A model generated the notes under the pieces. That model did not search any database. It worked only from the letters and a program-made list of their open reading frames with translations, and was not told the origin of the DNA. A stretch of 24,402 nucleotides of DNA from Campylobacterales bacterium. GTDB lineage: Bacteria; Campylobacterota; Campylobacteria; Campylobacterales; Sulfurimonadaceae. Of the stretch, positions 20,927-24,402 are shown piece by piece. The position numbers and the translations under genes were made by a program. The stretch covers positions 1 to 24,402 of the forward strand of contig JBBRBK010000027.1 in NCBI GenBank assembly GCA_038205935.1. The letters run 5' to 3'. Position 1 is the first letter of the stretch, and the number at the start of each line of letters is the position of its first letter.

Positions 20927-20944
20927 AGAGATGGAACTCTTTAC
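20923..20944. terminator. Hairpin between the convergent murB and deacetylase genes
   Basis: GTAAAGAG-ATGGAA-CTCTTTAC, an 8-bp stem. Confidence 0.55.
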
Positions 20945-21616
20945 CTAAAGAGCTTTATCCAATCGAACAAAGGTATAACCTTTTTTCAGCAAAGTTTCCA
21001 CGATCTCAGGAAGTGCTTTTGGTGTTGCATAGCCACGACCGTTGATATGAAAGATCAAAATATCCCCCGCTTTTGCTTTATTTGTCACCCAAGGTATCAT
21101 CATTTGAGCAGTGATATGCTTATCGGGATCTCCGCTTGCAAAACTCCAATGTACCACTTTATAACCCATCGATTCAACAGTTTCAAGTGTCGGTTCATCA
21201 TAATTCCCAGCAGGAAATCTGAAATACTTTGTCCTCGTGCCAGTCGTTTTATAGATGATATCTTCGGTGGATTTTATCTCTTCTTGAACTATTGAGGCAT
21301 TCAAATCTTCCATATGCGCATAATGATGATTGGAATGGTTTTCTATCTCTAAAAAAGGATATTTTTGAGTGATTTCACTTAAAATCTCTGAATTTCTCAG
21401 TGCAAATTTCGCACTCACAAAAAAAGTTGCTGGAATCTTATGGATGATAAGATATTCTAAAATAACAGGATCAAAATGAGAAGGTGTTTTTGTTTCACAA
21501 GCATCAAAAGTAAGAGCAATCTCTTTTTTACCATGCGGATCAAAAGAAGTAATGACTTCAGCATTAACTGCAGAACTAATAAAAAAAGATATGAATAAAA
21601 AGAGAAAATATTTCAT
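20945..21616 (-). CDS. Exported polysaccharide deacetylase (CE4/NodB family)
   Basis: Signal peptide MKYFLFLFISFFISSAVNA; IALTFDAC, ATFFV, ENHSNHH, FRFPAG and ILIFH motifs. Confidence 0.88.
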   Translation of the reverse strand: MKYFLFLFISFFISSAVNAEVITSFDPHGKKEIALTFDACETKTPSHFDPVILEYLIIHKIPATFFVSAKFALRNSEILSEITQKYPFLEIENHSNHHYAHMEDLNASIVQEEIKSTEDIIYKTTGTRTKYFRFPAGNYDEPTLETVESMGYKVVHWSFASGDPDKHITAQMMIPWVTNKAKAGDILIFHINGRGYATPKALPEIVETLLKKGYTFVRLDKAL

Positions 21617-21713
21617 TTTTTTATTTCTATAGGAAAAGTCCAAGCAAAAAATATTTTTTTCATAAGAAAGCCTTTTGATTATTTAAAAAGGCAAGTTTAT
21701 CGTAGAAATCTTT

Positions 21714-21742
21714 AAAAAGACTCAGAGCAAAAGAGCTCTGAG
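21714..21742 (-). terminator. Rho-independent terminator of tpx
   Basis: Minus strand CTCAGAGC-TCTTTT-GCTCTGAG followed by TCTTTTT. Confidence 0.85.
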
Positions 21743-21779
21743 GTAAAGTAGGAGGAGTTTTTTTAAGGCTTAGTTAAAA

Positions 21780-22283
21780 TTATTTAACAGCGTTAAGAGC
21801 AGCGTCATAGTCTGGCTCTTCAGTGATTTCTGGACAAATTTCTTTGTAAGTCACGATTCCTTCTTCATTTACTGCAAAGATTGCTCTACAAGTAACACCA
21901 GCAAGTACAGAACCACCAAGTAGTACACCGTAAGCATTTGCGAAATCTTTGTTTCTGAAGTCAGAAGTAACAGTTAAGTTAGTGATACCTTCAGTTGAAC
22001 AAAAACGACCTGCAGCAAATGGAAGGTCAAGAGAAACGATAACTGGTTTAACACCTGTTAAAGATGAAGCTTTTGCATTGAAGTTACGAGTTTCAGTAGC
22101 ACATACACCTGTATCTAAAGAAGGAACAACAATGATAAGTTGTTTATGCCCTTGAGCTCCACCAACTACTACGTCACCTAAACCATCTGAGTTTACAACT
22201 GTAATCTCTGGTGCTTTATCACCAACATTTACTTCATTTCCTAATAACTCTACGTCTGTACCTTTGAATTTTGTAGTTGCCAT
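21780..22283 (-). CDS. tpx: Thiol peroxidase
   Basis: VPSLDTGVCATETRNFN, SLDLPFAAGRFC and EITEEPDYDAAL motifs; AAGGAG RBS. Confidence 0.97.
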   Translation of the reverse strand: MATTKFKGTDVELLGNEVNVGDKAPEITVVNSDGLGDVVVGGAQGHKQLIIVVPSLDTGVCATETRNFNAKASSLTGVKPVIVSLDLPFAAGRFCSTEGITNLTVTSDFRNKDFANAYGVLLGGSVLAGVTCRAIFAVNEEGIVTYKEICPEITEEPDYDAALNAVK

Positions 22284-22391
22284 TTTGGCTCCTTGTATTT
22301 GATTTTTATTTTTATAGCGACAGTTTACTTAATTCGGATAATTATTGTCTTAATTAGCTTATATCACTTCTTATATAAGCTTTACTTAAGC

Positions 22392-23369
22392 TTACAGGAC
22401 ACTTCTCGAGCTTACATGTAACTCATTATGCGGTGTAAACAACTCTTCATGATACATATCTATGGCAACTCTTCCGATCATCGCCGCATTATCTGAACAA
22501 TATTTGAGTTCTGAGAGTAAAAGCGTAGCATTAAAAGGTGCCAAAAGCGTTTCAATCTGTTTTCTCAAGTACAAGTTCGCGCTCGCACCTCCAACGATGG
22601 CAAAAGTTTTTGGAGGATTTATCTTGAAATATTTTTTAAGCTTCATAATAAGATGCGCAACAGCGATATGCTCAAACGATGCTGCAATATCTTTATAATC
22701 CTCTTTTGTAGCATCTAATACAGCTAAACGAACAGCATTTTTAAGCCCAGAATAACTAAAGGCGATCAATGGCGACTGATACAAAGGAATCGTAAATGGG
22801 TATCTTTTTCGATCTCCATGTAAAGCGAGTTTCTCGATCACGGGTCCACCTGGATAACCAAGATTCATCATTTTCGCCACTTTATCAAAACTCTCTCCAA
22901 AGCTGTCATCACCAGTTGTGGCAACGACGTTCATCTCTTCAAAACTTTTTGCCTCTATAACTTGCGTGTGACCACCAGAAACTAGTAGCACAGTCAAAGG
23001 AAAAGCAGTTTCTTTCTCAATAAAAAGTGAGTAGATATGCCCTTTGAGATGATTTACTCCGATGAGGGGAATATTTAAAGCAATACTCACCGCTTTTGCC
23101 ATCGTGACACCTTCTACAAGTGTAACAGCAAGTCCTGGAGTTGTAGTCACAGCGACTGCTTTAAGCTCACTAAAGTAAGGTTTGCAAAGCTCTAAAATAC
23201 GCGGAAGTGCTTCTGCATGAAGGCGCGAAGCGAGTTCAGGAACAACACCACCATAGACTGAATGCTCTAACTCTTGAGAGATCTTTTTATGAAAAAGAAG
23301 CTTACATGTAGCGATCTCGGTTATCGCTATCGCGCTGTCATCACATGAACTTTCTATAGAAAGAATCAA
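22392..23369 (-). CDS. tsaD: tRNA N6-adenosine threonylcarbamoyltransferase
   Basis: [42 protein letters not shown] and CSDNAAMI motifs. Confidence 0.98.
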   Translation of the reverse strand: MILSIESSCDDSAIAITEIATCKLLFHKKISQELEHSVYGGVVPELASRLHAEALPRILELCKPYFSELKAVAVTTTPGLAVTLVEGVTMAKAVSIALNIPLIGVNHLKGHIYSLFIEKETAFPLTVLLVSGGHTQVIEAKSFEEMNVVATTGDDSFGESFDKVAKMMNLGYPGGPVIEKLALHGDRKRYPFTIPLYQSPLIAFSYSGLKNAVRLAVLDATKEDYKDIAASFEHIAVAHLIMKLKKYFKINPPKTFAIVGGASANLYLRKQIETLLAPFNATLLLSELKYCSDNAAMIGRVAIDMYHEELFTPHNELHVSSRSVL

Positions 23370-24376
23370 TACTCATCCTTTATTAATATATGTAAATATT
23401 CATATGTAGAAGTTGCTGTATGATTTCTGTTTTCTGTTTTATCAGCTTTAAATCTTTGATATTCAGTTTTGGCTAAATCATATTTTCCATATTTTGACAT
23501 GATGCTTTTAACATCTTCTTCACTCATCAAACCCTCATTGTTATAACTCAAAAAGATATATTTGAATTTTGCATTTTTTATAAGCACTTCAAAACTTTTA
23601 TGAACTTCCTTTTTTTTACAGTAATCTGAACGATTATAATCTCGAAGCCCAGTTTTACCTTTTGGGGTAAAATCATCATACAGAGCTATCGTATTTAAAA
23701 TATGGTAATTTGCTCCGTATTGTCTCTCGTTGTAGGGAGGATCAAGATACAGGATGTCGCCTTCTATCTTTTTTATCAGCTCGTTGCTGTCTTCATTATA
23801 AACTTTATGAGTATTGGCATGAAGCTCGAAAATAGCAGGTTCTAAGATCAGTTTTTTTTGTGCAGAGGTTTTCAGATGTTTGAGGTACGCGCCATAAACA
23901 GAAGCAGTATTTGCAACTTTGTCAGCACTCTCTAGTAGTGAAGCGAGTAAAAAATAGTAAAGCTTATCATCTATCTCTTTTGCCTCATACCACACTTTTA
24001 TCTGCGTTCTTATGGTATCGATTTTCTTGCCGTTCTCATCGCTAAAATACTGTCTTTCACTTCCGCTGCCCATACAGTAGTTGAGATATATAAAGCCATT
24101 ATCTCTTAACTCTAAAGCGTTGAGTTCATCTATATATCTTTGCTTCTCATGTAGCTCAACAGAGTTTTCTATATAGTTTTTATTTAACACAAAGCCGTAG
24201 TTTTCCAAGTCATTACTGATAACTTTTTTTACATATTTTTTAAAGTTTCTGCCAACGATTCCCGTTCCTGCGAAGATGTCACAAAACACTTTGTCAGATA
24301 AATCATTTCCAACAACCTTTTTAACTTCATCTTCTATCCATGATGATAGTTTTAGTTTTGAGCCTATGTAATTCAA
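23366..24376 (-). CDS. N6-adenine DNA methyltransferase (D12 class), M.NlaIII/M.HpyI-like, probable CATG specificity
   Basis: [10 protein letters not shown] start, DIFAGTG (motif I) and LYLDPPY (motif IV). Stretches such as [31 protein letters not shown] and [11 protein letters not shown] match M.NlaIII as I recall it. Confidence 0.9.
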   Translation of the reverse strand: MNYIGSKLKLSSWIEDEVKKVVGNDLSDKVFCDIFAGTGIVGRNFKKYVKKVISNDLENYGFVLNKNYIENSVELHEKQRYIDELNALELRDNGFIYLNYCMGSGSERQYFSDENGKKIDTIRTQIKVWYEAKEIDDKLYYFLLASLLESADKVANTASVYGAYLKHLKTSAQKKLILEPAIFELHANTHKVYNEDSNELIKKIEGDILYLDPPYNERQYGANYHILNTIALYDDFTPKGKTGLRDYNRSDYCKKKEVHKSFEVLIKNAKFKYIFLSYNNEGLMSEEDVKSIMSKYGKYDLAKTEYQRFKADKTENRNHTATSTYEYLHILIKDEY

Positions 24377-24402
24377 TTGTTATTCTCTCTTTTTTCTTCA
24401 AT

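Overview
AT-rich bacterial chromosomal window from a Campylobacterota organism, most likely Sulfurimonas-like. This is inferred from the protein sequences, the TGnTATAAT-type promoters and gene orders such as purA-fliJ-like-DUF507-carA, recA-eno and mqnD-fliQ-murB. It is mostly housekeeping: carA, purA, hisZ, a class V aminotransferase, luxS, uppP, rdgB, an MFS transporter, moaD-moaE-moeA, mqnA, malic enzyme, eno, recA, mqnD, fliQ, murB, tpx, tsaD, and an M.NlaIII/M.HpyI-like CATG adenine methyltransferase. I saw no rRNA, tRNA, CRISPR array, IS element or prophage, and I cannot support a large novel multi-gene system. The most interesting signals are small: (1) a four-copy (M/G)KC cysteine-repeat tail resembling MNIO-modified copper-binding RiPP precursors, fused to a DsbD_2-type membrane protein; (2) an unlisted 30-aa ORF with a strong RBS; (3) a GC-rich, switch-like leader with a uORF in front of mqnA; (4) a deletion remnant joining a signal-peptide-like start to the C-terminus of an EAL domain; (5) an anti-Shine-Dalgarno motif in the tpx 3' UTR, a small-RNA candidate; (6) several perfect palindromes. 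All family assignments are from motif recognition and recall, with no database searches run.
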